Below, one piece after another: positions 44,286 through 57,832 of a stretch of DNA of 64,000 nucleotides (position 1 is its first letter; every line of letters starts with the position of its first letter). Source of the DNA: Selaginella moellendorffii (lineage: Eukaryota; Plantae; Lycopodiophyta). The notes under the pieces are model-generated. The model saw only the letters and a list, made by a program, of their open reading frames with translations. It searched no databases and was not told the origin of the DNA. The DNA lies in assembly GCF_000143415.4 (NCBI RefSeq), contig NW_003314345.1:514574-578573 (forward strand). The letters are read 5' to 3'. Made by a program: the position numbers and the translations under genes.

Positions 44286-46210
44286 CTAGGTACTGGTTTG
44301 CATGCACCTCGCTTGTCCCTTTGCAATGACACTGCTTTCCAGAATGCTCACAACCTTGGGGTCTTTGGCACATCTTGGCGTCTTATACTGTCCGTAGCTC
44401 GCTCCGCCATTCTGTACCACATGGTCCATTATTCTGTCAAAAGTTCCCTGCCGGACAAGCTTGATCTCTAATGGGCCTACGCTTCCTTCTCTTCGGTTTC
44501 GGCGATACACCACGCTAAGCGATTCTTCAAGCTCGAAGCAGCACACGTCAAGCTCGGGAATCAGAGGATCTGGGAAGGCCTCCCAGTAGATGACATAGTG
44601 ACCGGGCTGGGACGACAAGTCGACTCGACTGGTGTAGTCCACCAGCCGAATTTCGCTGTGCTCCTGATGACGATTCCAGGCTTGCGTCACTGCCTTATGT
44701 AGCTCAAGCTCGTCAGTCTTGTCCATGTCAACGCTCAGAAGCACACCGGCCCTCCGGACAAAAGCGAATTGAGGAGCATCATTGTGGAACTTGACGACCT
44801 TGAGAATATCGCCGACCCTGTACCGATATAAACCGGCCTTGGTGGTAAGTACCAGCTCGTACTCGTCTCCGACTTTGACATCTGCTAGTTTTACCAGGTT
44901 GTCGCAGGAAACGAAGCTCCGTTCTTCCCGCCCTTGGTCTTCGTCAGGGGCCGATAGTCGGTTTTCCAAGGGAAGGAACTCAAAGTATGCAAAGCACGGG
45001 AACAACGTGTACAGAACTTCAGATGCTGGACATACTGGATCCAGGTTGACACCCAGGCTGCTGCACTCCGAAGACGCATACAGGGACGAAGCAATCGGAA
45101 GACCGTCGGTCAGCATGTCGATTATGGAAACGTATTGCTGCATGGTGCCGGTTATTATCGTCTGGACAAGTCTAGCCTCGGGCCACAGGCGTCTCACTAT
45201 CCCTCTCCAGTTCCCGCCACAGCATTCCTTTCGTATGGCATCAGCAAGCTCGATATCCGGCCGGAGGATGGCATTGACAGCGTTTCTGACCGGAACGCTT
45301 GTGACAATCCTGCTATTCACCGCTCCCTCGGCGATGTCCTGGCAGATATCTTTCCACTGGCACTTCAGAGATTTCAAGCTCCTTACGAACGTTGATGCGA
45401 AGACCGAGCCGATCGATACAACTTGGTGCCTTTGAACGAGGCCGCAGAGAAGATGGCAGTAATTAGCCTGGGTGTAGTCAACGCACTGGAGAACTTGGTC
45501 GGGGGAGGTGTAGCTCGTCGCCGGATCAATCTTTCGGTTACGAAAAGCCGGGCTGGTGAAGTAGCCACTGAGGCCGGAGGAGAGCTTCACACCGCCGGGG
45601 GTCACTTCGGGATTCCTCACGTAGATGAAGTGGAGGGACTTGCCAGTGTTGAAGGGACCTTGCCTGGAATGCCGTCGGTCAGGACAGGATGAAAATCGGG
45701 CCTCTCTCTGGACGGAACGAACTTACTTGTTCAAGGCAGCACGGGCAACTCTGTTGAGGACGAGGAACTCGGGGTCGTAGTCACTGAGCTTTGGAAACAG
45801 CTTTTGGCGTCCTCCAGAGGTACCGGAGCTGTGATCAAACGAGCTTTCATCAAGTTAAGAGAGTCGCGAGCTGGGAACTACCTCTTGAGAACTTCTCGCA
45901 CTGGACGAGCGCACAGGATCTTGGCATGGCCATCCTCGTCGCCGCTGGCTATCCTCGCGACGTCGAGCTCGATGTCCTGGTACGAGATGAGCGGCAGCCG
46001 CGAGTGGAAGTCCTCGGCGCTGGGAACTCCAAAGAGGCCGTGCCTGTGGAAGTAGGCAACGTCGGCATTGTCCGCCAGGATTTGCTGGAGGAGCTCCGAC
46101 TGGATGCTCGCGACGTCGCTGGTGATGGCCTCCACGAAACGGAGAACTTGCTCGTCCGTGTCCAAGGCGGAGAGAATGCGGTGCGCGCTTCCCAGTCGCG
46201 GGGGATCCAT
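44286..46210 (-). CDS. GH3: GH3 acyl acid-amido synthetase (3 exons)
   Basis: SSGTSGGRQKLFP, YASSEC, GLYRYRVGDIL, DKTDELEL, PGHYVIYWE, GPLEIKLV, QYKTPRC. Confidence 0.94.
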
Positions 46211-46850
46211 GTCGTCTTGATTATATCGATCGTGCGGGGGATTTTAAAGGAGGAGAACTTCCAAGTGTGTGTGAGGGGGTTGGTCGAATGGTCGTCTTCG
46301 TTGATCAGCGAAGCTGGGAGGAAGTTTTGCTCGCCAAAACTTCTCTAGCGTATAAGTGTGTGTCATGTAAGTGTCTTGAGACACACCTAGCCTAGCTTCT
46401 AACTTCCGCGTGCTTTGTAGGAGAACTTTCAAAGTCGTAGAGGCCAAAAACGAGATTTCAAAGAGGAGCGAATATTCTCGGAATCTCCCTAAAACCCTAA
46501 ACCCTAGGGCACTTTAATTTGAAAAGCTCCGTTAAGTTAGCGGAAGTTAACGGAGCCCGGTTAACCGGGGCGGGCCATTCTCCACTATCAAGGCTGTTTT
46601 GTCTGTGCGCTCGTCGGCGTCATCCCTGGGCGGGACAGGGCGGGGAGAGAGCGAGGCGCGCATTGTGCCAAGGGCGCCCCAATCTCGCGCGACATCGCGC
46701 CATCGCCGCCTTGGAGGGATCGGCGCCAGGTCTTTAGAGGTACTGTAGAGCTAGAACTCGCGGCCGTGCATGCGCAGGGAAGGGATTCCAGCTCGAATAT
46801 CGGCAATGCGGCACGATCTAGGCGGGGTGTAGATCCGGAAGCGAGGGATT

Positions 46851-49003
46851 ATGGCGGTGTCGGCGTTTAGATCCACGACGAGGAGGGAATTTCAAGAAAA
46901 CCAGGGCCAGGGTCATAGAAGAGGGAGCAGCCACTCGGAATCGGGGTCCGTGCTGGACAGCACTAGCAACTATCAGGATGCGTCGTCTCAGAGGGATTCG
47001 GACCAGGAGAGCTACGAGCCCGGGCCTTACAATCGCCATCTTGCCAGTGACTCAGAGGTGAAGTGTCTCTGTATTTTAATCTCACTGGAGTATGGTTTGA
47101 TGATTGATGCGTACTTTATGTTTTTTTTTTCCTTCTTAGAGTGAAGCTTCGAGTATCATCGATAGGTTCCGACAGACTGAGATAAGTCGCAATGCCGCCA
47201 CCATTCCACGGTTCCAGCAAAGTACTGCAAGCGCACGAGGGAGGCAGAGAAGTATAGAGCCCAGCCGGAGGAGTGACTCGAGAGGTCCGGAAGTGAGGCG
47301 TAGAAGCGAATCGCAAGAGCCTGGTCTCAGGCGGCAAAGTAGCGACTTTTCAAGGCCCAGGAGGAGTGAGTCGCAGGAGCCTGGTCTTCGGCGGCAGAGC
47401 GTGGAACCATTGGGTGGCAGGCAAAGTTCCAGCGAATTACTGCTAAATAGTAGTGACTCCGGAGTCTACACACGAGGTCGGGAGACAAGTTTGAGCCGGC
47501 AAGGAAGAAGCCAATCCAAGGAACCAAGCATTAGACGCGAGTCACAGGAGCCTCGGCAAGGCAGAAGCAGCTCGAAAGAACCCGGTGCGAGGAGCGGAAG
47601 AAACGAGGAACGTGACAGAAGCAGCTCGAAAGAACCCGGTGCAAGAAACGGAAGAAACGAGCTACGTGAACTTGCGGGGAACAGGGATGAGGAAGACGAG
47701 TCAGAACGACGAGGCAGAAGTTCTCAAAGAGCAGGCATTGTTTTTACATCCAGGAGTACATCCCAAGAGCCAAGGAGGAGCAGTTCCTCAAAGGAGCCTA
47801 TCGGTAGGTACAGGAGAAGTGAGTCGCAAGGCCCGGGGCATCGAGGCGGCACTGCTGGGGAACACCCTGGAACTGACATCCAAACCGAGGAAAGAACAAT
47901 CAAGCTGTGCATGCACAATTGAAGGTCTGTGTGTATTTCTTTTCTTTGTCCGTGTTTACTATTTGTTCTGACTTTGTTTCGCAGCCAATGGATCCCCCGG
48001 CTGGAGATGTCGATGAAGCCGACCTCTATGGGGTAATGCGTGAAGAAGTCCGCAAAGCTGTAGCCGATCTTAAGGCGGAAATCGAACAGGTATATGTAAT
48101 TTTTATGAGCAAAAATATTATGCTAACACACGCACAGTCTTTAGAGAAGGATATGCTAACGCTGGTTGCATCGAAAGGGGATGTAGCGGAGTCAGACGTT
48201 CGACAAAAGTATGCAGAAAAATTGGAGCAGGTACATTTGTTTGTTTTGTTTTTTGTGTTTTTATTTTTAATTAATTTTTTTCTACTTATAGTCGGAGATC
48301 AGAACTCAGGAGCTACTGTCACAACTTGCTAAAGAAGAAGAAACGCGTCATGAACTTGCCAAACTAGTCAAAGGCAGACCTTCACATGATAAGCCCGCCG
48401 AGCAGCCAAAACGTAAAACTAGAAGGGTAAAAGCTTGTATACTTTTAAAACGACCCACTAACATGGTATTTTGTACAGGGTGTTGAAGAAAGAGCAACTA
48501 TATCGAAGGCCCTTGATGAAGAAGCACAAAAGTACTTTGAAGAGTTTGCTTCTATTTCGACGTCCGAAACAGAAGAATCACTGGATGGAAGACCGTCGAA
48601 GTCGGGAAAGAGGCCTGTTGCTCAAAGTTCCAGGAATGCCACAAGCCACAGGAAATCGCCGTCAAGAAAGCAGGTGCCTAGCCGAAGTGAGGAGTTTCCT
48701 CGGTGGAAAACAGGGGCAGTGGCAGTAAATACAGATGGCGTAGTGACCCCTTGGTTGGATTGGGAAACAGATTCGGCAGATGTACGTTCATTTCGGGTAC
48801 TTGGTGGTGTACTGACGCAACTTTTGGACTTCCAGGCAACTGCAACTGCTATATCAGATTTTAACTGGGACTCACTAGGTCCGTCTTCAAGTCTAGCTGA
48901 CTTTGACAGCGTTCGTGTGTCCGAGGAGCCCGCGCTACAGAGAATTCGATTTGAGGGAAGGATAGGAGCAGGCAGGATACATCTTTGCAGGACTGAATTT
49001 TGA
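46851..49003 (+). CDS. Uncharacterised plant protein with RS/SQEP-repeat region and coiled coil (multi-exon)
   Basis: MAVSAFRSTTRR start, repeated RRSESQEP/SSSKEP, LYGVMREEVRKAV, DGVVTPWLDWETD, C-terminal RIGAGRIHLC, plausible GT-AG introns. Confidence 0.72.
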
Positions 49004-49678
49004 AACGTGAGACCAGTGGCTTAGGCATTGGTCCCGAAATAAGCTCGTCAAAAATATTTCTTATATGATGATTCTCTCCACGTTTTTCTTAGTGTGTTGG
49101 TGACAGTTAATTCAGGCGCAAAATCTGGATCTGTAGTAGACACAGCCGCATTGACGACAGTTCAGGTGATATTTAAAAATCCATACCTTGACTGACATAT
49201 CATTGAGCAGCAAAGTCGTGATACGACAAAACGACGAGCATGATTCCAAGCGTACAAACTGTCTGGGGAAAAGCGAAGGACAGTTTTATGGCCGGTTTGT
49301 TTCTTGAAGTGTTTGTTTCTCATCTGCTTTGCTGTCTAAAATGTTCACTTTTCGTACAGATTCTGAAATGGAGGGTTGCCAAGTGTTCGCTTTCTGTATC
49401 TGGCTTTCAAGTTGTAATCACCTGCACATTAGCGTAAGCGTCATATATTGCCGAACAACTAACTATTGCAATCTTTTCATGGATGGTGAAGCAGCTGTAG
49501 TGTTCTCTTCTCCACATCACCACGACTTATTTGACGCGGTTTATGCAAAGATGCAGACGGCTGTGACGGAAATCTCAATGACAGTCACGACAAAGATCTT
49601 TTCAATTAAATCTCTTGTGCTTTCTGCTCAGCCGTTTGCAGCCGATGCTGCAGCATCTCGTAATTGTTCAAGCTGGGG

Positions 49679-51894
49679 ATGGATTTCATCTGGATCTGCT
49701 TGCTGGTTTTGGGGATGGCGAGAGCTCAAGCACAAGGTACTAAATCTCTCTCTGTACACAAAGTTCTGATATATTTCTTCTTGTGCCAGTTTGTCCTCTA
49801 AACTTCAGCTCCGTTCGCTACACTAAGCTCGACAGCTGCTCGTCGGAACCGGACAGTGGCTTGGAGCCATCCGAATGTTGCAAAAACGCTTTGGTCTACT
49901 TGTCTCGAGTGATTGCCGTCTACACCAACCAGACAGGAGGTTCCTCATTGTTTTTGAATGAAACACTGAGTCAAGCTTGTTGGGAAGCCACACACAGCCT
50001 GGACTTGGGAATTAGCTACGACTACTGCAACTTCGCGCCACCCCGCTATACTGCTTACCAGTTACCCTGCAACTTCGGTACCATGGGCGAGCTGCTGGGT
50101 AACTTGACAACGGCACAGGTGACTTTCAATGATGTCCTAAGCTCTTGCACGCGGCCCCGAAACGATGCCGGATGCCTTCATAACTTCTCGACTAGCGCCT
50201 TGGAACTGGCACGCAACCTCAACGATTCGGTGGATAACTGCGCAACCTCTCTCCTTGTTGGCGTGATCAGCAGAGATATCTGGAACGAGTCTTGGGCCAG
50301 CTTCTTGACTCAACTGAGTGTGTTTGGTAAGGAGCTTACAGAAGCGGACTCTATTTCTGATCCTTGCGTTTCCTCTTTATCAGGAATTCTTTCTTCTCCC
50401 AGCCATAAACGAGGTACATAATTCCGAGTTTAAGTTTATGATCCTCATAGCCTTTTCTGTGCCGTGTGCAGAGGTAGTATTGGAAACGTCGTTGATATTT
50501 GTCTGCAGCTTTATAGCAGTTGGAGGAGCTCTCGTATTGCTTTCGTTTTTTTGTCGGAAGTATGCATCAAAGAAGGAATCGGACAAAATCGGGTCCAGCA
50601 GCTTCGAAGGTATCGTCAAAAAAATAAAATCAGCCAACCTCATGCTGATTGTGCGTCGTTTATGTAACAAACAGAGCCAAAGGACCAAGGCAAGTTGCTG
50701 CACACTGAACTTTACAGATTTTCCAGGAAAGAAATCTGGAAGGCCACCCGAAACTTTAGCAGTGAAAACTATCTTGGCTCAGGAAGTGCTGGACTGGTTC
50801 ACAAAGGTGTTCTTCCCAGCGGACAGCTTGTGGCCATCAAGCACATCGACAAAGAGAAAAAGGCGGACACTTTCTTCCAGGAAGTAGAGAGCTTGTCCAA
50901 AGTGAGACATCCGAACTTGGTGAGCCTCCTGGGCTACTGCCAGTCCTTTGAGGGTTATTACCTCGTGTATGAGTTTTGTGCCAACGGGAACCTGTGGCAA
51001 TGGCTATTTGGTAAGGTAGCTTTTTTCATGGATCGTTTGCTGATTATTTTGCGTAGGAGACAGACCTCCTCTGACATGGGAAGAACGTCTCAATATTGCT
51101 GTCGGAAGTGCTCGAGGACTGTTTTTTCTTCACACCAACGTGGGAGGAGCAATTATTCATCGGGATGTCAAGGTTTGGAACCTTCTTCTTTGTAGCTTCT
51201 GCGAAAAGAGCTCATCTTTGCTTCTTCTTTTTCTATGCAGCCAACCAACATACTTCTCAATGACAATATGGAAGCCAAACTCTCTGATTTTGGTTTGTCA
51301 AAGTTCATAACGATGGAGGAATCGCACGTTTTCACAGAAGTCAAGGGAACATCTGGCTATCTGGATCCGGAGTACATGTCAAGGGGGCAGCTCACGCTGG
51401 CGAGCGATATCTATAGCTTCGGAATCGTTCTCCTCCAGCTTGTTTCCGGAAGAAGGTCGATTGACTTTGCTCTACAACACCGTTACTCACTCGTCAGAGC
51501 TGTAAGTGGAAACCACTTCACGCAAAGTTCGTTACCTTTTCTTCTTTTTCAGGCCCAAAGAGTTGCCGAGAGAGGATCAGACATCCACAAATTCGCTGAC
51601 CCGCTGATGGATAGGAAATTCTCAGCCGCTGCAGCTCTAAAAATCGTGGAGATCGCCGTGTTTTGTACCGCCCAGAGCAGCTACGATCGTCCAACCATCA
51701 AGGAGATCAACGAAACGCTCGAGGCAGCCGTGAAAACATCAAAGGCCGACTACGTGAGTAGAAGTTTTAGCTCTTTGCTTGATATACATAAGCGGTTTTC
51801 TCTCTTCCAGGAGTTGCAAGATAGCAGCAGGACGCATTCATCACCGTCTAGGACAACTCTCCCTCTCCCTCCAAATCGAGTTCTTCCGAGGTAA
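49679..51894 (+). CDS. Receptor-like kinase with Cys-rich SPARK-type ectodomain, URK-2 (ARK/KIN3-like) kinase
   Basis: Signal peptide exon MDFIWICLLVLGMARAQAQ (49679-736), ectodomain VCPLNF...C...ECC...C, TM LIFVCSFIAVGGALVLLSFFC, kinase LYRFSRKEI, GSGSAG.V.KGVLPSGQLVAIKHI, HRDVK, MEESHVFTEVKGT, ASDIYSFGIV. Confidence 0.85.
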
Positions 51895-52252
51895 GCGCCA
51901 TAGATCTTCGCATTCCCAGTATCTTTTGCTCACATTTTTGTACAGGTTAACGATCTAATAAGAGTGTCCTACTTAGCGCAAAGATACTGTACCACGTGGG
52001 GGAATAGTCTAAGAATCTATTGCCGAGGTCGTGGGTTCGAATCGCATCGTGGCGAGGATCTGGGCGATTGATTTGCTTGGGCCCAGGGGAAAGGCATACT
52101 CTAGAGAGAAATCCCATCTCTAGGCCTTGATCTTGGCACGATCGAACCACAAAGGGGGTCCCAATTTCAGCGTTTTCTCTCGCGACGTGGAGATTTCCCT
52201 TGAATCTTTCTATTGAGCGCAAAGTCAATATACGTGTTGTGAGGTCTCCCTC

Positions 52253-52256
<4 letters not shown>

Positions 52257-52286
<30 letters not shown>
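52257..52286. repeat. (CT)n microsatellite upstream of the DUF3511 gene
   Basis: About 15 CT units. Confidence 0.9.
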
Positions 52287-52291
<5 letters not shown>

Positions 52292-52357
52292 ACATTTCTT
52301 CCATTCCTCTCTCTCGATCAGGTACTACTTCTAATCCTCGATCGCCCCACTCGATCG

Positions 52358-52690
52358 ATGGGGGCTATGGATGTCCAGCCTTACGCGCCAGAATCCAGCT
52401 ACAATTACCCGCGGCACTACTTGCCCAATTCGCATTCCTATTCCTATGGCTATGCCGGCGACGACGCGGACGATCGCGGGCAATCCAAGAGGGCGGCCAA
52501 GACGAAGAGAGGCGGATCCCTGCGGCTTGCGAGCCTGGGGTGGAATTCCAGCGATCCGGAGGCAAAGAGGAAGCGGCGCGTCGCGGCGTACAAGCGATTC
52601 GATTCCAGGAGGCGAGTGGGCGATTCGGTGAAGAGGGGCGTGCGGTGGATCAAGATTAGATGTTTCCGCCTGTGCTACCGCTGGTGGTGA
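52358..52690 (+). CDS. DUF3511 family protein
   Basis: C-terminal W.SSDPEAKRKRRVAAYK.F....RVGDSVKRGVRWIK motif. Confidence 0.82.
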   Translation: MGAMDVQPYAPESSYNYPRHYLPNSHSYSYGYAGDDADDRGQSKRAAKTKRGGSLRLASLGWNSSDPEAKRKRRVAAYKRFDSRRRVGDSVKRGVRWIKIRCFRLCYRWW

Positions 52691-53173
52691 TCGAGCGGGC
52701 GAGCGAGAGCTAGAGAGAGAAGGAAGAACCCTAAAAACAGAGCATCCGCGAAAACGAAATGTAAAGACTCTAAAATAAAATGTGAAAAGCTTTTAGGGCT
52801 TTCTAATGTTGGGAGTTCTTGTCCGAAAATTAGATAAACAAACGATCAGCATGTAAGTGTGTTGAGAGATCCAATCAGATAGAGCTTTTTTCTTTTTGTT
52901 GTAGGCTGGTAATCGATCGATCCCATGGATTCGATCCCAGCAGTATAAACTTGCAAAACTTGGTGTGTTCTAAAGGATATTTGCCGCGAGGCGAGATAGC
53001 AGTAGCAAGCGTTATCATCGTCTTGAATCTTCAAAGTCATTGATCACATTGATAAGTTCTTCTTTTTTCCCCTTTTGTGAAAACAAATGTTCTATAAACA
53101 TCTCTGAAGTTAGAAATATCTACATGAAAACTCATCGTTTTGCGATATTTATGATTGACCCTGCCGATCTTCT

Positions 53174-54963
53174 TCACCCCGTTCGATTTTGAAGCCTTTG
53201 TTTCACCAGTGGTGCCAGCGACTGCACAACATCGATCATGAGCGGCCGATAGTCCGCCTCCGGTTGTATGCACATCGCAGCAATTGCCGCCACCTTTACG
53301 TAGCCACACAACAAAATCAAAACCTTGTCAAGGTATTCTTTATCGAGAAATCACCTGGATGAGTTCTTTCATGGAGTACTGCCCTGCCAGAGCCTGATCC
53401 ACCATGCCCACCAGCTTATCCCTGTCCGTCAACCTGGGAAGCGCCTGCAAAGTTCCACATAAAATGTGATGCAAATTGCTTGAGTTTCATGTCGAGAGCC
53501 TACCCAAGAGACAAGCACGCCTTCCCCAGCAGGTCGTTTCATATCGACTGGCACACGGCCAGTAAGAATCTCGAGCAACACAACTCCAAAGCTATAAACA
53601 TCGGATTTCGTTGTCAAGTGTCCTGTCAACACATACCTGGACAAGACAAAATCACCCAAGTGAGAAAAACTAGTGAAACCACAATGGAAGAATGCTCCAG
53701 TTCATACTCTGGAGCAACGTAGCCATGGGTTCCAAGAACCCTGGTGGAGACATCGCCGTTCACTTTGTTGGATCCCACTTTGGCCAGCCCAAAGTCCGAG
53801 AGTTTCGCGTTGAGCTTGTCGTCGAGGAGGATGTTGCTACACTTGAAATCCCTGTGGATTATCGGTGGGGTGACGAACTCGTGCAAGAACTCGAGACCCT
53901 TGGCAGCATCCAAGGCGATCTTGAGCCTCGTCGTCCAGTCGAGTGGAACAAAGCCATGGTCATCGTCTGATAGAAAGAGAGATCAAAGAATCAAAGCTAA
54001 GTTCACGCACTCTGTACCGTCCGGATAGAGATGCTGCTGGAGATTCCCTTTGGCCATGTATTCGTACACGAGTAGCCTGTGCTCGTCCTCCGTGCAGTAG
54101 CCCAGCAGCTCCAGCAGCTTTGGAGCTTGGACTCGGCTCAGCATCTCGATCTGGCAAAACCCATCAGTTTCTTTGGCATGAATTCCACGATCGATCGATG
54201 AGAAGATTGAGTACGTAATGGATGATTCAAGCACGAGGAATGTGGGAAGAATGTGATATACCTCGACACGGAATTCCTCCTCTCCCTGCTTGCCCTCGAG
54301 ATCGAGCTTCTTGATCGCCGCCACCCTCCCATCCGCGAGGATTCCCCTGTAGACGCAGCCAAATCCACCACGGCCGATGATGTTGCGCTCGCTAAAGCTG
54401 TTCGTGGCGATCTGGAGCTGGTGGAAGGAGAAAGGCTGTGGTCCAGGCCGCTTGATGGCGATGTGATCGCGCTCCTCTCCTCCGGCGCCGGAGCAATTGT
54501 TTGGAGGAGGGGAGATTTGGAGAGTTAGCAGCGATGGAGGCGGCAAAACGGGACGAGGAGTTGGGGATGGCGAGCTATAGGAATTGTTGGAGGAGTGATT
54601 CATAAGCATACACTCTGTGGTGCTCTTGTCCGACCCTGTGGCAAATGCGAACCGATCGATCGATCAAAATCTCTCACGAATTCCTGGAAAGAAAAACTCT
54701 AAGTACATACGCTGTGTCATGAAATCCTCTGCCGCAGTGAAATCCCCCCTGCTCGTCCTCCTCCTCTTTCTCCTGTGCGAGATCTTCTGGTAGATGAGAA
54801 GGAGCAGCATTGCAATGGCGGCGAAGGACGAGATTCCCAGACCCACGGCCAGCATCGTCGTCGTCGTGAACTTCTTCCCTGCTTGGTCGTGAGGCTGATC
54901 ACGATACTCCTGCGCTAGATCATGCGAGGATGGACTGATACTAGGACTAGAGCTTTGATCCAT
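53174..54963 (-). CDS. Membrane-anchored RLK/Pelle Ser/Thr kinase (At3g58690/PBL7-like), multi-exon
   Basis: N-terminal [77 protein letters not shown]. Confidence 0.9.
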
Positions 54964-56125
54964 AAATATCAATCCTCCTCCTTCCTCCTCTTCACTCCGG
55001 AGCAAAGCAATTACGATCAATGCCGCATTCTTCCTCTTCCCACCATAGTTCTCAACGTCCTTCCTGGTATGAAAGGGAGAGAGGGGCGAAAGTGGAAGAT
55101 GGGCGAGTGCGCAGTGGAGGGAAGAAGGAAGCTCTCCGAAAATTAAATGCGCGAGGTACACAAGGACTGGGCGAGCGTCCAAGTCCACCCCGGGTTTAAG
55201 ACACCAGCCAATTACGCGAAGCAAGAAAAGAAAAGAAAGAAAAGAAAGCGGCTAGAACGCTCGAGGCAAGGTGGATGGAAGGACCACACGGCGGATGAAA
55301 TCCAAATGCTCCAGAGCTAGAAAAGAAAGGAAGAGGAGAAGAAAAGGCTGTGGGCACTGGCGATCTCTGGCATCGCGAAAGCAACAAGAGCAAGGCAACA
55401 AACTTTTGAGATGGAAGTGACGCTTCTCTCTGTCCTGGTGGAATCGAATTCGAATGGGAAGAGATTTGGAAGCTCATGGAATTGGATCAAACAGCGCGAA
55501 AATTCCCCACCATTTTTTACTAGTTTTTCTTTCTGGCGCTCTTCCCTCCCAGAAGAAAAACACGCCACCATGCACATGGAAGAAAGATGGAAGAAAGCAT
55601 ATTTAATTTTAAATTCGAATATCCCTGCATGACGTGGCGAGATCTCACTGGGCGAGCCCGATTCGCGGCATATGTCCCCGCCGTAAGAACTGGACTTCCC
55701 ACATGCCTCTGGATTGACTCTTCGCATTTCTTCGCGTTTTTTACTCTGGTCTTCGCGGTTTTTTACTCTGGTCTTGCCTCCTCCCAGATATCATATACTA
55801 CTTACAACAAGATTTTTTTTGGTTCCATTTTTTTTTCTCTCCCGGGATCTTAGCTCAGTAGCGCCATCACGTAGCAAAACTGTTACTTTTGACAAGGCAA
55901 GCTCTTGGATCTCACTTCCTCCATTGTTTTCTCGAAGAACTTCGCCATTGTTTTGTCAAAGAACTTCGCTCCTAACATGTGCCCGAGTTGCCTGGCGTCC
56001 AGAAAAGAAGAATGAAAAGAGCTCGCTGCCACTGCTACCACCGCCAGATTCTCCTCCGTGGATTTATACACATATTCAAGTCTTTTGCAGCCTGGTAGAG
56101 AATATTGTCAGGACGATAGCATAGC

Positions 56126-57723
56126 TTACAAGGCAAACAGCGCATACCTGAATGACAAGTTCGGTGTCAATGTCCTCTGGAGCTTGGAGCTATCGCCAGA
56201 GTTTCCAGAAAGCGCATCGGAGATGAACTGGAGTTCCTGACGATGGAAGGGCTAAGTAGCAAAGACGGAGGTTTGGATTTTTCTACTCTACCTTCAGTCC
56301 TGAACCAGTAGCGGATGCCGATCGCTCTAGACGTGCTTTAGGCAGCGGAGGTAGCCCCTGCAACAACGAACGAAAAGAAAAAGTTAGATTCCAGTTACAA
56401 AGGTCCAAGAAAAACCGAATTTTCTTGCCTGTAGAATGCTGTCGACACCGCTAGCGGGCTTGGCTTCACCGTTCTGCAAACTCAAGATGGGAGAAATCTA
56501 GATAGAGATGTCATGTCATCCTCACGCGCAACAGTTTTAATAAAGGCTACGTACCCCAGGCAGTTCTTGGCGCCTAGTCTCTTCCCATCTCCTTGCAAAT
56601 TGACAAAGCAAGATAATCCCTTGGTTTGTAAAGTCCTGTAGATCATACTTTACTATCAAAGAAAACAACGAAGAAAGTGAAAGACAAACCTGCTTGGTTT
56701 GTACATCGTCGAGCTGATTGCCCAAGCCCTCGACAATTTGTTGTACAGCTCCAATATCCCCGCCAACACGAGCCACATCTCCACGAATTTCAAACACCTG
56801 GCCAGTAAACTCGTTAGCAAGATGTGCAAGCTACAAAGGACGCGCTTCCCCAACCTCGTTCTTTATCAATCCCTGAACCGCAACACTGTCGTCCAGAGTT
56901 TTCGAGACCGAATCAATCCGTGAAGTTAGATGCCGTTTCGTTGCCTGTGAGAAAATTATAGAGGGTCACGGACGATCCAAACTTACCGTAACAGCGGCCG
57001 AGACTTGATCTAGTTGCTTTGACACGCTCGCAACCACATTCGACATGTTTCGACGGGTGACATACATGACATCCGTCCATGACCAGCCCTGCAAGCAAGC
57101 AAAGCTCAATCAAAAGCTTCTTATGCTCGAGAAAGTACTTGCCTTCCACCAAAAGTATCCATATCCAGCAACACCAATGACGAGCGCAGGCATGGCGAGA
57201 GAGGAAAGATTACCTGCATAGAATTCCAAGTTAAAACGCGTGAAAGAAACTACTCTCGATCATACTTGACTGCCCAGAGGTGCCAGGAGCATTCACAACC
57301 GTGATGTTCCTGGAGCCAGCTAACTGTCTTAGATCGTTGGTCAAGCGCTGGACCTACAAACAGTGGAAAAATTCAGCAAAGAAGAGATTTTTCTTTGTCA
57401 CATACTTGCTGTGCCAGCGTTTCCGTCACTTCATCCTTGTCATCCTCTTTCAAGTGCTTCGAGAAAACCTGCGATTGCAAGGACAAAAAAGGAAAACACG
57501 AATTTGCCACGCCAATCCACCAAGAACAGCACTAAAAACCTTGCTAAGATCCTTGAAGAAATCCGAGAGCTTCCCATTCTTTATAAGAATCGAGCCAGTC
57601 ATCCCTGCCAAAGACGACGAATCAATCAATCGGCCGATCACAGCTCCAGCGCCGGGGCGATCGATTACCTGCTCCAAGGAGAATGATGAGCTTGGATGTC
57701 GCCATTCCGGCCTGCACTGCCAT
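56126..57723 (-). CDS. DUF1664 family protein (multi-exon, 3' end approximate)
   Basis: IILLGA|GMTGSILIKNGKLSD, GYGYFWWK, MYVTRRNMSNVV.SVSKQLDQVS, KQDFTNQGIILLCQF. Confidence 0.85.
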
Positions 57724-57832
57724 CCAGCAAGGCGCTCGATCGATAAACCCTAAATTGCCATTCGCGATTAGGTCAAGCTAAGAATTTTCAATGCTATCCC
57801 CTTCATCGTGAGCCGTTCATTGAGCTCTGGCT

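Noticed and set aside
46492-46507. Telomere-like AAACCCT repeats
   Set aside because: Only two units in a promoter region, consistent with ordinary telo-boxes rather than an interstitial telomere.
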